A stretch of DNA of 64,000 bases, from assembly GCF_964355755.1 (NCBI RefSeq), contig NC_092670.1:11208795-11272794 (forward strand), given 5' to 3'. The notes under the pieces are model-generated. The model saw only the letters and a program-made list of their open reading frames with translations, ran no database searches and was not told the origin of the DNA. Below, piece by piece: positions 47,901 to 62,900 of this stretch; within the stretch, counting starts at the first letter, position 1; each line of letters begins with the position of its first letter. The position numbers were made by a program, and so were the translations under genes. This DNA is from Antedon mediterranea (lineage: Eukaryota; Animalia; Echinodermata).

Positions 47901-50900
47901 TGTACAGCAGTGTAAAGAAGAGACAAAAACAGAAAATGTTCTTTTTTTTTCAAGAATACAAGTCAAGTTGACATCTTGGGAATGATTCAATATGATAACA
48001 AACACATTAAAATACTATGAAATGATTTAAGTTGTGCTTTAAGACATTTATGATCTGAAGAATTTTCAAACCCTTTGACTGATTTAAATGTATCCTGTTC
48101 TGATTGGCTTCTACTCTGAATGTTCAATACCCTTGGGCCACAAAACTGTGAGCTTGTTAAATAAATCATCATAAAAGTACTGTTTTACACAAATTTGTGC
48201 TCCAAATGCTTTCACATTTTGTGGTGGCTTAATAATGACAATTTAGACACTTAATCTTCCAAATTGGGTTTTATTTAAAATTTGAAAACAAATCTTTTTG
48301 CAGGCACTGGTACTGCCATACTTGTTTATATTAATTAGATGGTTGAGTGTATGTGTGAATGTACAAGACATTCGCAAGAGCATAGTGGCTACAGCTGAAT
48401 ACACAGAGATGGTCAGAACCATCACAGTTTTTAAAAAGTTTTTTTAACGCAATTTTTAATTATTTTAAATATTTACCTGTTCAGTTGTAAGAACGGATGC
48501 GTAGAGAACAGTAAGGTTCACTGGGTTATAGCAAGCATAATTGGATGAACTTGAAACTGCTTCACCCTTACGAAGGATCCGATCCATTGTAGAGGAACGC
48601 TGTAATACTGGAGAAATCTTGCCCTAAAAATAAATAATATACTTATTAGGGGAAAAAATACCTGCTTATTGCTGGCTGTCACAAGCCTAGTGGCACATCC
48701 TACATCCTAGTCTGACATGGTCAGGAATTAAACACAGAACTCATATATTATATCATTATTTCACCTGACAAACATAAACATGAACAGAATAAAATGTAAA
48801 ACAATGAGGCAGGATTTATACTTAAATGTAAAGAAAAAACAATCGAGTGACTCTTCACATTAAAATACACAAATAATAAAATTATTAAAAAGTTAAAATG
48901 TTCAAATACAATGTACACACTTCAGATTCAATTGATTCAATACAATAATTACAAATTTAGCATCAAGTTGAAGAGTTAACATTTACTATATGTTTTTTAT
49001 GTTCAATTTAAGATTTTTAGGCAACAATAATACTAATTTCATTTCTTTCTTCCATAAAGAGTAAAAAAGAAATGAAAACAAGACAATCATGAAAAAAAAA
49101 ACAATCAGAGAGGAAAACAAAGAAGTCAACTGAATAACTATTGAGTGATTCCTGTACATAAATATAACACAATACTAATCTAAAATAGCTTTTTTTTAAA
49201 CTTAAAACAAAGTGCAGAATAAGTAAACAAATCTCACCTCAGTTTTTGTAGAATAGTGTGATTCCTGTGTACTTGATGTATACTCACTGTGCAGCTTGTT
49301 TAACGTTCTTGCTAGCATCTGATAACAGACTGTTTTCCCTGAACCAGCTGGACCCAACAAGATGGTGCCAATGGATGTCTGTAGGTTTTTGTATAATTCT
49401 AAAACCTGCCAAAAGAAAAAAAAAAGTGATAACTGCACAGATTCCTTTGACCAGAAATCATCACTACAATAATAACAACTCTTAAAATTAAAAATCAGTA
49501 GTAACCAGTGGCATAAAGAATACTCTATCTGTGGTATTATAATACATACATATCTATATAATATCTTAAACTCTGTCTACACTATCAAACTTTATGTGAC
49601 AAAAAAATGTGATGTGCCCATATATGGAGACGATGATGTCATATCACTACCATATTTGGGAATATCACTACCATATTTAGGCACATCACACTTTTTTGTC
49701 AAACTAGTTTAATAGTGTAGACAGAGCATTAGGCATCAATGTAATATTATACAGTACCATTTCAGGTACTATTTTTCAACTCCTTGGATTATGTTCATAT
49801 ATTACAAAAATGAATTGTTAGTTACTGTAAATCAAACATTTTATTGCTAAATAATATATAATATAATATTTTGTTATATACTTTATTTATTGTATTGCTT
49901 ATATTTCATAAGGAATAAGGTCTGCTCTTTCACCTTTGACACATGTTGTGGAGTGGCTTGAAGTTTATCTTCAACAAACTGACTCTGTACAGCATCCATC
50001 AACACTGGATCATGTTCCTTAGCTGAGTTTGGCAGACTACTTTGGGGAAAGATACTTCTGAGTATGTTCTTAACAATCTGGGTTTCTTGCATGTTGGTTA
50101 GACGTGGAGTGAGACACATCTGCAAACTGTGAACCAGTGCTGTTTCTTGGTGTTGGTCTTCATTTTGTTCAAAGTTACTGTAGTCTATTGATTCAACTGA
50201 ACCACCTTTTAAACAATAAATAAAGACTTCAAGGATGACTATAGAGGCAGCAAACTTTCATATTCATTGTGTGAATGTACCTCAAATAGCAAAATACATG
50301 CAATGTGCTAAAATGTTAATAACAATGTAATTTAAAAAAAAAAACTACAATCCACTTTACATCACCTCCATCACATCACCAAATGGCAACTATTTTTAAT
50401 ATAAACATTGTTGGGGTCTTCACACAGTCTCACAGACTTCACATTTTTTTTAAAGAAGAGCTACCATTCTGATTCAGTTTATGAGATCACATTGGAATCT
50501 AAACTCAACTATAAGTTTAAATTAATCTCTGATTTAATTTATCTCTCCTCAAGACAAATACATCTCTAACACATACTACATATCTATACATGAAAAAAAA
50601 GATAGTATCTAATCTCAACTATAAGCTCAAAGTAATCTTTTATTTGATTTATTATTTCTCTCCTCAAAGTCAATTACATCTCTCACCAACTCTACCCTTA
50701 CTACATATCTTTACCTGAAAGAGATGATCTATTAGGCAGTCCTTTTGTCACTGAAAAGTCATTTGTAGCTGGTAACTGTACATATCCTCTCTCATGTTGA
50801 CTGGTAGCAGCTAGCCTTAAAGCTGGTTTTAGAGTTCCCAAGTTGATATGATATTCTGGCCTGTGAGGGAGCTACATAAAATATACATATTAGATTATAT

Positions 50901-53900
50901 TATAACTGAAATTTGCATCGTTGAAATTTGTATTATTGTTGAAGGGGAAACGTCTATAAATGGGTTGTTATGGTGTCCGCTGACATTGTGCAACCGATTG
51001 TCTTGATCAATATTTTCTTAATAAGTACAGTTTGTAAACTAATGTAGTTAATGTACACCTGGATTTCAAGACGATCTACCAATGTTGTTATCTTGTCTGC
51101 CAATGTTTTTGCTTCATTAAAACCATTGCAAATTAGCATCCCTTCAAGAATAACACCAATGTCTGGTTTTATTATAGAAACTGGACGCATCAGTACCTAA
51201 AACAAGACAGTAGAAAAAATTTATAATTTATCTTGAATCATATCATAATCATAAGTTTTTTCAAACATATAATACAGAGCATGTACGTAACAATAATCAT
51301 TAGTTTTAGATATAAAAAAACAAAGAAAACATAAAAAAATTGACACATGTGATGTCAATACAGGATGCCTTACATACAAATAAATGCTACAATAAAAACA
51401 TTTCACATTCCAATATACATTTTATATCCCACATGAAATTCCCATGGTCTGATGGGAGAATTGTTTGTTGAGTGTTTGTTTGTTTTCCACACACATCAAA
51501 TAATGCATGCATGGTTTATTAGCCCATCTACCCCACTATCTTCCAAGGATGTATTCAAGGGAGGCGTTAGCTTGCATTTACTACTCACCCTTAAGTTTTG
51601 TGGTATATCTGCTTCTGTGTGTCGTGAGGTATTAACCGTCATAAAGCAACCGAAATTGGCATTGGCTTTAACTAGTTGACCTCCAAGGGTCAGATTTCCA
51701 AGATAAATTGGTTTGTATTTCCATTTCTGAAGTTGTTTAAAACCTTTGACTGAGCTATACTCATCATCATCAGCTGCTATTAAAAAAAATGATTTAATTG
51801 TATAAATTAAGAACATTCTAAAAATAAATGTAATTTTCTATAACCCAAGTTGATCATAAAATATAGTGGTCTTGAGCTTGCAGGATACAGAAATGGAGGG
51901 CTATTATATGTTGTCTGGTGAATGCCTTGCAAGTTGCAAGTTCATTTATACAACCATACAGTCAGTTTAAATAGTAAAATATAACACACAAATTTAATAT
52001 AATTAATTAATACTATTGCTTCAACATTTTTAAAGACAAACAATTTTAGTCTGGAGCCTCACATTTATGATAGAGCCGTTTTTAAAGCTCAGGTACAGGC
52101 ATGAATTTTAAATTGTACATAAATCAAATATTTGTAACAGAAATCAAGACAAAACAACATGAATTTCCCTTAATATGGTCAAAATACAAAATTTGGCAAT
52201 ATTCTGCCATAAAAACCAGGAAGACCTTTTTTCAGTAGTTAGGTAGTTAACCTATGTAATAACATGTCTGGTGACTCCCTAGAAGGTGAAAAAAGATGGT
52301 GGATATACGGTGGATAAATTGTTGCTATAGCATGAAAATAAAAATATAAAGTTGAATAAAAATATCAGAAATGTAAAATTCAAGTTATACTACCTATATT
52401 TAGTCATCTGATAACATTTTTTACCGCACCGTTTAGTTTTCATAGCTTTTTAAATTGCCTCTTTATTTACAAAATTTGTGTACAAAAGAATAGAGATTTT
52501 ACTGTGTAATTTGAACTATCCCCTCACTGATAAGAAAGTGCTTATTTTCAACAAGCTTGTGTGACACAAATAAAATCCCAAAAAATTATGAAACATAGGG
52601 GAAACTATAGATCGATAATTATTGGAATGTATGATCAATAGAAATTTTTTGCCCGTACCTGGCCTTTAAGGGTTTTTTTAAATACCAAAATTTAAAAAAA
52701 ACTCTGTCATTCTAGGAACACACTAAAAACTAATACATTGTAGTAATTATACTTAAACTTATACAAACATAACATAATAAAAAACAATTGGATGACAAGT
52801 AAATTAGTCTAAAGATACAAATAGGTCAGAGTAGTAACTGATCTTTATACTTTACCATTATCATAATTATCTTCAAACAGAGGTATGGCGTTTGAAGCAT
52901 TCTCATAGTGGAGCTCAGGATCAATCAGCGATGTCTTGCTAATAGAATGTCGCCTCTGTCGCAGATGAGGCATATTCTCAGCCCAGTTGCTTCCAGATAA
53001 TGTATCTTTAAATTTTACCTTTTTTCCAGTTTTCTATTGAAATATAAAAAGAAGTATGCAAATCTCAGTTGGTGAACATCAGTTTTAAATGTAAACAATG
53101 TACACATGTAAACAATGTAACAACGTACACATGTAAACAATATAAACATGTCAACAATGTAAACATGAAAACAATGTAAACATGTAAACAAGGTAAACAT
53201 GCAAACAATGTAAACAATGTAAACATGTAAACAATGTAAACATGTAAACAATGTAAACATGCAAACAATGTAAACATGCAAACAATGTAAACATGCAAAC
53301 AATGTAAACAATGTAAAAATGTAAACAATGTAAACATGCAAACATGTAAACAATGTAAACATGCCAACAACGTAAACATGCAAACAACGTAAACATGCAA
53401 ACAATGTAAACATGTAAACAATGTAAACATGCAAACAATGTAAACAACGCAAACATGTAAACAACGTAAACATGCAAACAATGTAAACATGTAAACAATG
53501 TAAACATGTAAACAATGCAAACAATGTAAACATGCAAACATGTAAACATGTAAACAATGTAAACATGTAAACAATGTAAACATGTAAACAATGTCAACAT
53601 GTAAACAATGTCAACATGTAAACAATGTAAACATGTAAACATGCAAACATGTAAACATGTAAACATGTAAACATGTAAACAATGTAAACATGTAAACAAT
53701 GTCAACATGTAAACATGTAAACAATGTAAACATGCAAACAATGTAAACATGTAAACAATGTAAACCTGCAAACAATGTAAACATGTAAACATATAAACAA
53801 AGTAAACATGTAAACAATGTAAACATGTAAACAATGTAAACATGTAAACAATGTCAACATGTAAACAATGTAAACATGTAAACAATGTAAACATGTAAAC

Positions 53901-56900
53901 AATGTAAACATGCAAACAATGTAAACATGTAAACAATGTAAACATGTAAACAATGTAAACATGTAAACAATGTAAACATGTAAACATGTGTATCAACATG
54001 TAAACAATTTAAATATGTAAACATGTAAACAACAACATCTTTTGATTAACCAAATCCATTTATTATGAAAATATCTATATTTCTATTAGATATGATGCAA
54101 AACAATTAGCAACCAATCAAAGCTCAGGAAATCTGTTATATGTGTTCATAACTGCTCATCATGCGAATAAATTAATTCATTTTAGGGAAAAGAGATTGTT
54201 GTCAGATTTATTGTATATCAGATGGCGTCTACAAGAAAGTTTGTCAACTCTGATAGAGGCTACCTTTATTATAGCTGAGCTAGTTGTGTAGCTTTTGCAA
54301 AATCCAGGATCTGGTAATTGTGAGCTGGAATGTAGAGTAGTGAGAGAGTTTCTTCTCACAGGCTTGGACTAAAGCAGGAGAAAATTGGAATTTTAAGAGA
54401 ATATTATGAGAAAATTCTAATAAAACTACATTCTTTATTAAAAAAATATGCCTTTATTCCTTCCACATTAAACAAGAAATTATATATGCAACTCAGTAAG
54501 AGTATGCAATTCTGTAGTAAAAAATTAGAATAATATTAAGAGAATATTAGGAGAAAATTCTGATAAAACTACATTCTTTATTATAAAAGTATGTTTTTAT
54601 TCCTTCCACTTTAAACAAGAAATATTTCTTACAAAAAATGCCGCTCGACTTTTGAACATAACAGTTTTAATTATTGTTACCTTATCAAACTTAGATGTAC
54701 CACGTAGGTCATACTGACTACACTTTGTGTTGCTTAAAGCCCTGTAAGCACTTAGAACAAAATTCAGCTGCTGGGCAAGTACAGACATAAAACCTGCATT
54801 TCATTTAAAAAGTAAAAGAATAATATATTAAATAATAATGAACTTCCGATTGCTTGTTTTTATCTGTGGTTATTGCATGTTAACAACAGTACAGATAGGC
54901 ATATCTTTCTGTATAACCCAAGTGCTTGGACTATGCATTAATTTACAGCTGAATACTACTTCTAAAATATGTCTGAGACTTGTGTATTGTCTGCTGTCTT
55001 TGTCAAATGTATAGAAGTGTTATTGCCTCATTCTTCAGAAGGATACAAAGGGTTTGATCTATGCAAAGTATTGGAATGATACTACCCTGTGGCAGTCATC
55101 TAAGGTGAAATATCCAGACCTACTTCGGTTTCAATGTTAAATTGAGGACACATTTAAAACTTACCTTGAGGTACATTGTCAACATCTTCAAACAGAAACC
55201 AGGATCCAGACTTGACGGCACCTTTTAGCACCTGTATAATATGCTGCATGCTGTTTGCATGACAACTTGTAAAGCTAAAAACATGGCGACCCATTGACTA
55301 AAAAGAAAACAAGAGAACAATTAAATATGCAACTAATCATCTTATGAATGATCACATAAATGATACTTATGCTGCAGTGAGTCTATTGAGGGAGATTAAT
55401 TTAATATAACCTAACTACTGGTACAGACCGACTTAACCAATAGGTAACTAGTTTATATCTGCCCAAAATAATGTAACTTAAGTGAAAAGAAATGAGGGGA
55501 AGAATACCTGTCCAAGATCATGAATTAATTCAGTTTTCCCTGTAGCAGTTGGTCCAATCACAGAGCCACATTGAAACCTTTTGATTGCCATGGTTAATCC
55601 AAGTTGGCACCTGTCTGTAAGCGGTGTGCATACTGCTCGTAAACTTGGGCCTATGTACTCATGGTCGTAGTTAAACACATTACCCATTTGCTGTACTGTG
55701 CACTCACCAAACACATAGCTGGAGGTTACTTTGATAGAAGATCTTACACCAAGTGCAGGCTTACTTTTTGAATCTTAAAAAAGTATAAAAAGTTTATGCA
55801 ATAAACATTTTTATTTGCTTAATTAAAACGGGAAATGGTAAAAATAACTTTTAAATGTTCCGAAAAATTTGGAAGAAATAAATACCTAAACCAATTGAAT
55901 CACAACTTTGAACACTTATCTCTGAAAATTATGTTTTAAACTTTATATTACTTTAATGTTTATGATAATTAAACTCTTATAAGCATATCATATTTTGTCA
56001 AGGACAAAACTGATACAATAAACACATGCAAAAATATCCATGTGCTTTTGTGTTTTTTCAAATGGAAAAATAAAGCTGTATAACTTACCAATTAAAGAAG
56101 GAAAGTTAGAATTGGTCAGCTTTCGAGATGGCTTAGCACATAAGACCTGTTGCCAGATCATTTGATGTTTCAAAACACTCTCCCACTCAAAGCACCGTTT
56201 TGAAATCGATGGTAGTGACAAAAGACCTAAAAAATAATTTGAACATTATAAATCTTTTTATATATTATTTTTATAATTCATGATTTATTTTAATGAAAAA
56301 GAACATTAAATTTGGACTTACAAAGTGTTTTTATTAGCACATTTTTAGATGATAGTTCAAAGTAAGGACTACAGATAGTTTTATACCACAGAAACGCGCA
56401 CAAGCTAATTTTTTGTTTTTTTCTCCAAAATCTGGACTCTCTTGAAATCAGAAGTATCTGAATGTGATAAAGGTTTTAAATGTTGTCAAATGTATTAGGA
56501 AAAAAGGTACATTTGGCCTAGTTTTGGTAGCACTGTAGACTATGTGTTAATGTATCTTTATTGGAAATGAAAGAAGCTGTAAATCTCTCATCATAATTTG
56601 ATGGTCTTTAGATGAAGAAAGATCTCCATTTATTTAAATGGATGACTAGCAATGACAGTGGTATCATCTCTCAAAACATTTAAAACATTTCATAACAAAA
56701 ATAACTCAGAACTGAAAAGAACTATTACCTTCAGTTATGCGCTGTTGATGAATAGTTAAGGCAATCAAGTTTTTCAGCAACAGCTGCAAACGACTTCTGG
56801 GATCAAAACTTAAATTTCCGGCTGAGTTTCCATTTAGGATAGTCATATATTGTTGTATTTTACTATCCAAACTTTCCCTAGTTAAAATAAACAAAAAAAT

Positions 56901-59900
56901 TAAAAGTTTACAGTATCATAATTTAATGACTGAACTTCAAGAACGCATACTGTAATGTAAATCCACTCACAGCCATGATTAAAATGATGATGATGGCAAA
57001 GATAATAAGATAAAAGTTTATGATAATAAAATAATAAATGACATCAAGTAACATACCTTATCTTGAGTAGGCATCCTTTATCCTCTTTTTCCAAAGTTTG
57101 TCCAACATTTCTCTCCCAATTGATCGCCTCCGTCACCAGGACACTTTGAGCCGGGAAGCGCAGTAGCCAATGTTGGAAGCTTCTCATGACAGCATTCTTA
57201 AGTTGCGACTCCTCTTTACTCTTGCTCTCTTTAGTTTCCTCAAGAACAGACAATTCCTCAAGGATCTTCTCCGGAGCAATGCCATCTTTTGACAATCTGG
57301 CTTCCATGCACATCTGAAGAAAGTTCCCCATACTGCTCTTGAGATTCTGTTCCAGGCACCTAAACCAATCTGCGATATCATTGGTTGATTCAACAGCTGA
57401 TATTAGAGGTGTACTTTCTCCATGATGGCCTTTGATACCTATAACTTCCAATTTATGAGCTGTAAAGAAACAAAGGGACTTTGAACATCACCATATTGTT
57501 GCCAGTAACTAGGTAAAGTCAAAGTTTTCATTATTCTTCTTTATACTGGGTTTACTCCCAGAGGGCCCAGTATACAACTAACAAAACATTTAAAAATACA
57601 GAAAATACAAATGGCACCACCACAAAAACTAATCAGAAACCTATCAACAGCTCACTCTCCAAAACCAGAGATATCGTAAGATCTGGATAAACCAGATATT
57701 TTGAACCTGTCAAAGGTGTCTACAGTAGTATTAGGAGATTGCAGTCCTGGCAAGATCGATTTTTGAATACTATAACTATTAATGTTCAAACACAATTTAA
57801 AAATCATAGATAATTACTTACAGTGAAGGTGCATATCCAACATGGTTTTTATGGTAGCTGCTGCACTATTTGGTACATCAAACCTAAGTGCAGTGATGCC
57901 TGGAAACAGCTTCTTCACGTAAGGAACCCATGCTCGCTTGTCCCGCGTTATAGTCAGTAACACTATAAGGTCATCATCGCTCATGAAATACAGTCTTGGA
58001 AACCTGTCACGTATTTCATTAAGATGCTCACGTAGATCTTTTATAATGTCATCCTACGAAGTAAAAAATTATTTAAACTTTTCATGTAAATGTAATCATA
58101 ATCATCCTCATGTTGAAATAGAAACTGATGAAAATTAGATTAAGCCCTCTACAGACCCACGGCAGCAGTGCAGCTCCTAGAATGACAAGCACAAAGGGTG
58201 ATGATCTAATTTTTCAAATTCTTCAGTTGTTATAACATGGACGGCTTTATGTCCCTTCCGAAAGAAGCAATGAGAGCAAAGTATACAAATAATATGGCAC
58301 AGACAAACACAAACCTATGCCTCTATCAGGCTGGTCTCATCCCTTACCATTTCACTTTCTTAAGATCTATGAAAAACCTGATTTTCCCCAACATTGCTTA
58401 ACTTTGGTGATCTTAAGAGAACTTTATTTTAAGTCAATACAATGATTTTGATTTCATATTATTATACCAACCTGATCTTGAATCATACTCTCAAATCGTT
58501 CCCTCAAAACATCTCCTTGTAAATGTCGTCTATTTTTTTGCCCAACACGTTTGTTTAAAATTGAAAGAACTTTGGGATCACCAACAACACTCTTCATTAC
58601 TTCCTAAGAAATATTAATATATAAATGGTTTAAATATATATTGAACATATCAAGTAAATGTTATCTAAGTGTTTATATATCATTCTTCTCCAGGAAGATG
58701 TATTTTGTAGGCATATACATGTGCTACTCTTCTAACGTGGATGAATGATGTACATTGTAATTATGGTTTGAAGACCTATCTAATTGATTGAATTATGGCG
58801 TAAAATTATTAGACTGTACATTTACCTCATATCTAACATTGACACTATTGAATTTAACTGCTTGTTTATGTAGACGGCTGCAAAATTTCTCAGAGCTAAA
58901 CAGATTGCTTAAGTATAACCACTGAAATAAATTAAAATAGTATCAAATTTGCACATGAGATATTGATGAATTGGCAGTTTTATTTATCTTTATTAAGAAT
59001 GGCTTATACAGCCCCATCGAAGGAACTAGAAAACAAAATTCAAATGCATACAAAAACATAAATACCGAAAATTCAGAACAAAGGTATAAGCATCTACATT
59101 TCTATGAAAAGTGGCCTATCCAGTTCCAGTAAAGGGACTATAAAGCGTGGATCCCACTAGCGACGCAACACAAGGACGAAACGCAACGCAAGTGAATTGA
59201 CCAATCACAAGCGATGGGTTATTCGCTTGTGATTGCTAACTGTCTATAAATTCGCTTGTCATTGGTTAAAACGCTTGCGTTGCGTTTACGTCCTTGCGTT
59301 ACGTTCTAGTGGGAACCAAGCTTTAAGAGCCCTGACAAAACATATAAAATATTGATAATAAGTACTAAGGTAAGAATATAAATATCTGTACAAAATAAAA
59401 TGAAAATTAAACCATGTTTCTACTTGTTTGTCTACAATTTAATCAACACACAACATAAAACAAATAGAATTCATCAACAGATCTTAAATTAAAGAAGAAG
59501 AATGTAAGTTTCTTCAATATGCAGAAAGCTATACAAATCTTACTTTGTGTTGTGTTAGGGTCCACAGGTCAAGAAGTTCATCAACTTGTTGCAGATTATG
59601 GCTCCAAATCTCGGCTTCTGTTTTCAATTCAGACAAGTGAGGAGACACTAGCATAGACTGAATAGTCACCCTACTGTCCTGTAAACAGAAACATATATGA
59701 ATTTTGAGACATATGGGATGTGGTACACACTACACTACAACACTATGTATAGTAGGCCTACCACACACGCTTATGATGCTAATATACATTATAGTAGTTC
59801 GACTCAACCTCACTCTAAAATATAACTGAATGAATTGGCGCTCTAACTATGCATGTGGTACTGTATGAATCACATTGTATTGTATAGCGCGTGGACCTAT

Positions 59901-62900
59901 TATATACAAAATATTGTTTTCCCTTCATGGTTCTAATAGTATCCACTTTCAGTATTGCATTGTGGGAAGTGCCAGAAATTGTTTTCCACACTTTTATGAT
60001 ATTGTATAATATTCTCATTTCAAACTTTAAATTTCTACTTTTGCTTTTAAGATAAATGTGCTTATATTTTTTTGTTTTTTAAGAATGCTGGAACAACTAG
60101 CACAAGTTGATGGTGTGTTTTAAAAAGATATACCTCAAGAAGATACTTTAATTCCTCAATGGCAATCAATGTATACATGTCCACTTCTGTCTTTAATATT
60201 GATGATGAGCCTTTGTTCTGTTGGCTGCTGTACATCTGCTCTGGGATATGTTTAGCAAGCTTGAACTCCTTCTCGTCCCACACTTTGCGGATCTGTTTCA
60301 GCTTTGTTTCCAGGGTGAATTCAGCAAGAGCCCCGTTACATATTGTATTCACCTGGAGGCTGTGCTGGCTTAAGTTAAAAGACAGTAGTTCTGCAACGGT
60401 GAAGTGTTGCCCTGGAATGTATGTCTGGCCCAGGCTTACAAACAGAGCTTTCCAGTGCCTTGGCTGTATACAAAATATTATTGTTAATGAAATAATAGAC
60501 AAATTAATTAAATCGATGATGAAATATTTCCAACTTGATTTGTTCATCTTCACAATGTAACATTAATTAATTTATGGTAACAATCAAACTAACTAGAAAT
60601 CATATGGAAAAATGTAAAAACAAACCATATAAACAAATGTCAGGCAGAAAAAAACCAAATAGCGATAGTTCCTATTTGTTTAAAAATGGGGTACTGTATG
60701 TTTTACTATGGGGAAATAATTAAAGATGTTTTACAATTAACATAAGTTGAACTTGAACTTTAACATTGTGAGCTTTGAACACTGTTAGTTGAACTAACCT
60801 TAAGAGAATCACTTGAGAGTTTCAGAAGCAGTGGAAGATCTTTCTTAAAGTCACTAAGCAGTTTGAACCAATGTACAAGAACTGTATCGTCACTTGGCAA
60901 ATCTTCTTTGAACCGTTTCGCTGCAGTGTGCCATAGCTCTACTTTATCAATAGCCTTTTGAACACTCATCTGTAAAGATATTGTGACAGTGATAAACTGA
61001 AAAACTTTGGGTCATAGCACTACTTTTTTTGGTCATATCACTAATATACCTTATTTGGGCACATTGCGTAACTTTTTTTGTCAAACTAGTGTGATAGTAT
61101 AGCAGAGCTTAACTGTAAATAATTACACATGATTAAAATGCATAATGCATTTATTGATTGATTGCCTCAGTCAATTTTAGAAAATCTTGAATGTCCCCAT
61201 AAAATTTAGTGTTACCGTGCAGGTAATAACCCCAACAAATTTATGACTCAATCACAAAAATATTACCTTTCGGAACAATTGCCTCATCCACTCTTGTATA
61301 GCATAGGTAGATACTTCAACATACTTCCATAATTCCAGCCTTGTTACGATTCGCTGCATTGCGTAATCCAAGCGCGACGTATCAAACGCTTGTCCTGTGA
61401 TCATCTCTTTGTGCTTGCTGCATTTCAGCATATCTTGTTGGACTTCTTTGAATTCATCAAGAAGCTATAAATGATAATTAAACCATAGTCATATCAAGAT
61501 TGTCAACTCCAACTATAAATCACAGCTCAAAATCAGTGTTGTACAGGCCTTTCAATTGGGCCTTAGAAGACTTTGACTGGCCATTTTTTGTGAAAAGGTG
61601 AACATTTTACATACCTTTTGACCTACACCAAGCACCTTGGTTGGGTTTTGAGATGGATCCAGAAAAACACCAGAAGTTGCAGCTTTCAGGATTCTCTCCA
61701 CTTCCTGCTGCAGCTTCTGAAAGTGTTCCTGCAGTTGAATCTGCTTTAGAGGAAGCTGCGTGTTAACAAACTCGGCTGCCTCTTGCAAATGCAGCAAGAA
61801 AGCTTCCCAGTTGTGCCACACTCGTTCTTCAAACTTCTCCTCTTCTGTGGTTAAGGATCGATAGCTAAGTCTAATGACCTGTAGAAATAAAGACATTGGT
61901 GATGAGGAGTAACAGTATCTTGAAATAGGTAATATGACAGATAGAATATAACTGCTGGTCCCGTGACCGGGAGTGGTCATAGAGTAGCTTCGCAATGTGT
62001 AGACTGTCATGGGCAAATACACCTGGTGGAGCTCATTCCTCTCCAGGCTGTGCGACAGTGGCTGTATATAAACTTAAGTACACCCGCCGAGGTTACCCCT
62101 ATTCTCAAAAGACTAGGTTCTTTAAAGGGCATACTTTTAAAACTATTATTACCTCAAATAAAGACTTGATGTATTCAACGTCTGTCTGTAGCGCCGCCAT
62201 TTTTAGTTTGTAGACACTGTATCGCTGAGCATACTCCGCAAAACCCTCTGTTGTTGTTTCTTTGCATTTCATTCCCTGTTTGAAAAAAAAAAATAGACAC
62301 AAATTCATGGTTTTCATATTTGTCTTTTGAAATGTAAAGCGCTGTTCACACTATCAAAATAGTTCGACAAAAAAAGGTGTGATGTGCCCAAATATGGTAG
62401 TGATATGACAAAATATTGTAGTGATACGATATCATTATGTCCATATATGGGCACATCACATTTTTTTTGTATCATAAAGTTTGATAGTGTAGACTTATAC
62501 TTAGAGCTTAATGAAATGTATTCATTAAAGATGGGCCAATAAGGTTGTATGCAATGACTTGAAATACTAACTAAAAATGCAGATTGGTTGATTCGATCTA
62601 TATCATTTAATCACGTTAATTAGCATTTTCTTTTTTCAGATCATGTTAAGATTTAACGTGATAAAGAAGCTCATGTTATTAAGTTTCTGCAGGTTCAAAT
62701 AGAAGATCAAATATTACATTCTTAGTTTTTTAGTCCCACCAAAGGAGGGGTTCTTATTTCCATGTCATACATGTTGAAATGTGATATGAATTGCTTCACT
62801 TGCCTGAACAACATCTTGCACCTCACTTATAAAAGCTGTAGAAAAATGTTTGGCCTCCTGAGCCGTAAAATCAAGCAAATCTCGGAAAGCACCATTGAGG

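Noticed and set aside
53015-53999. Cys/His-rich hydrophobic proteins in the ORF track
   Set aside because: They are stop-free translations of the minisatellite in several frames.
47100-54625. Small intronic duplications (~47140-47350, ~50490-50710, ~54395-54625)
   Set aside because: Ordinary degenerate local tandem duplications with no further structure.
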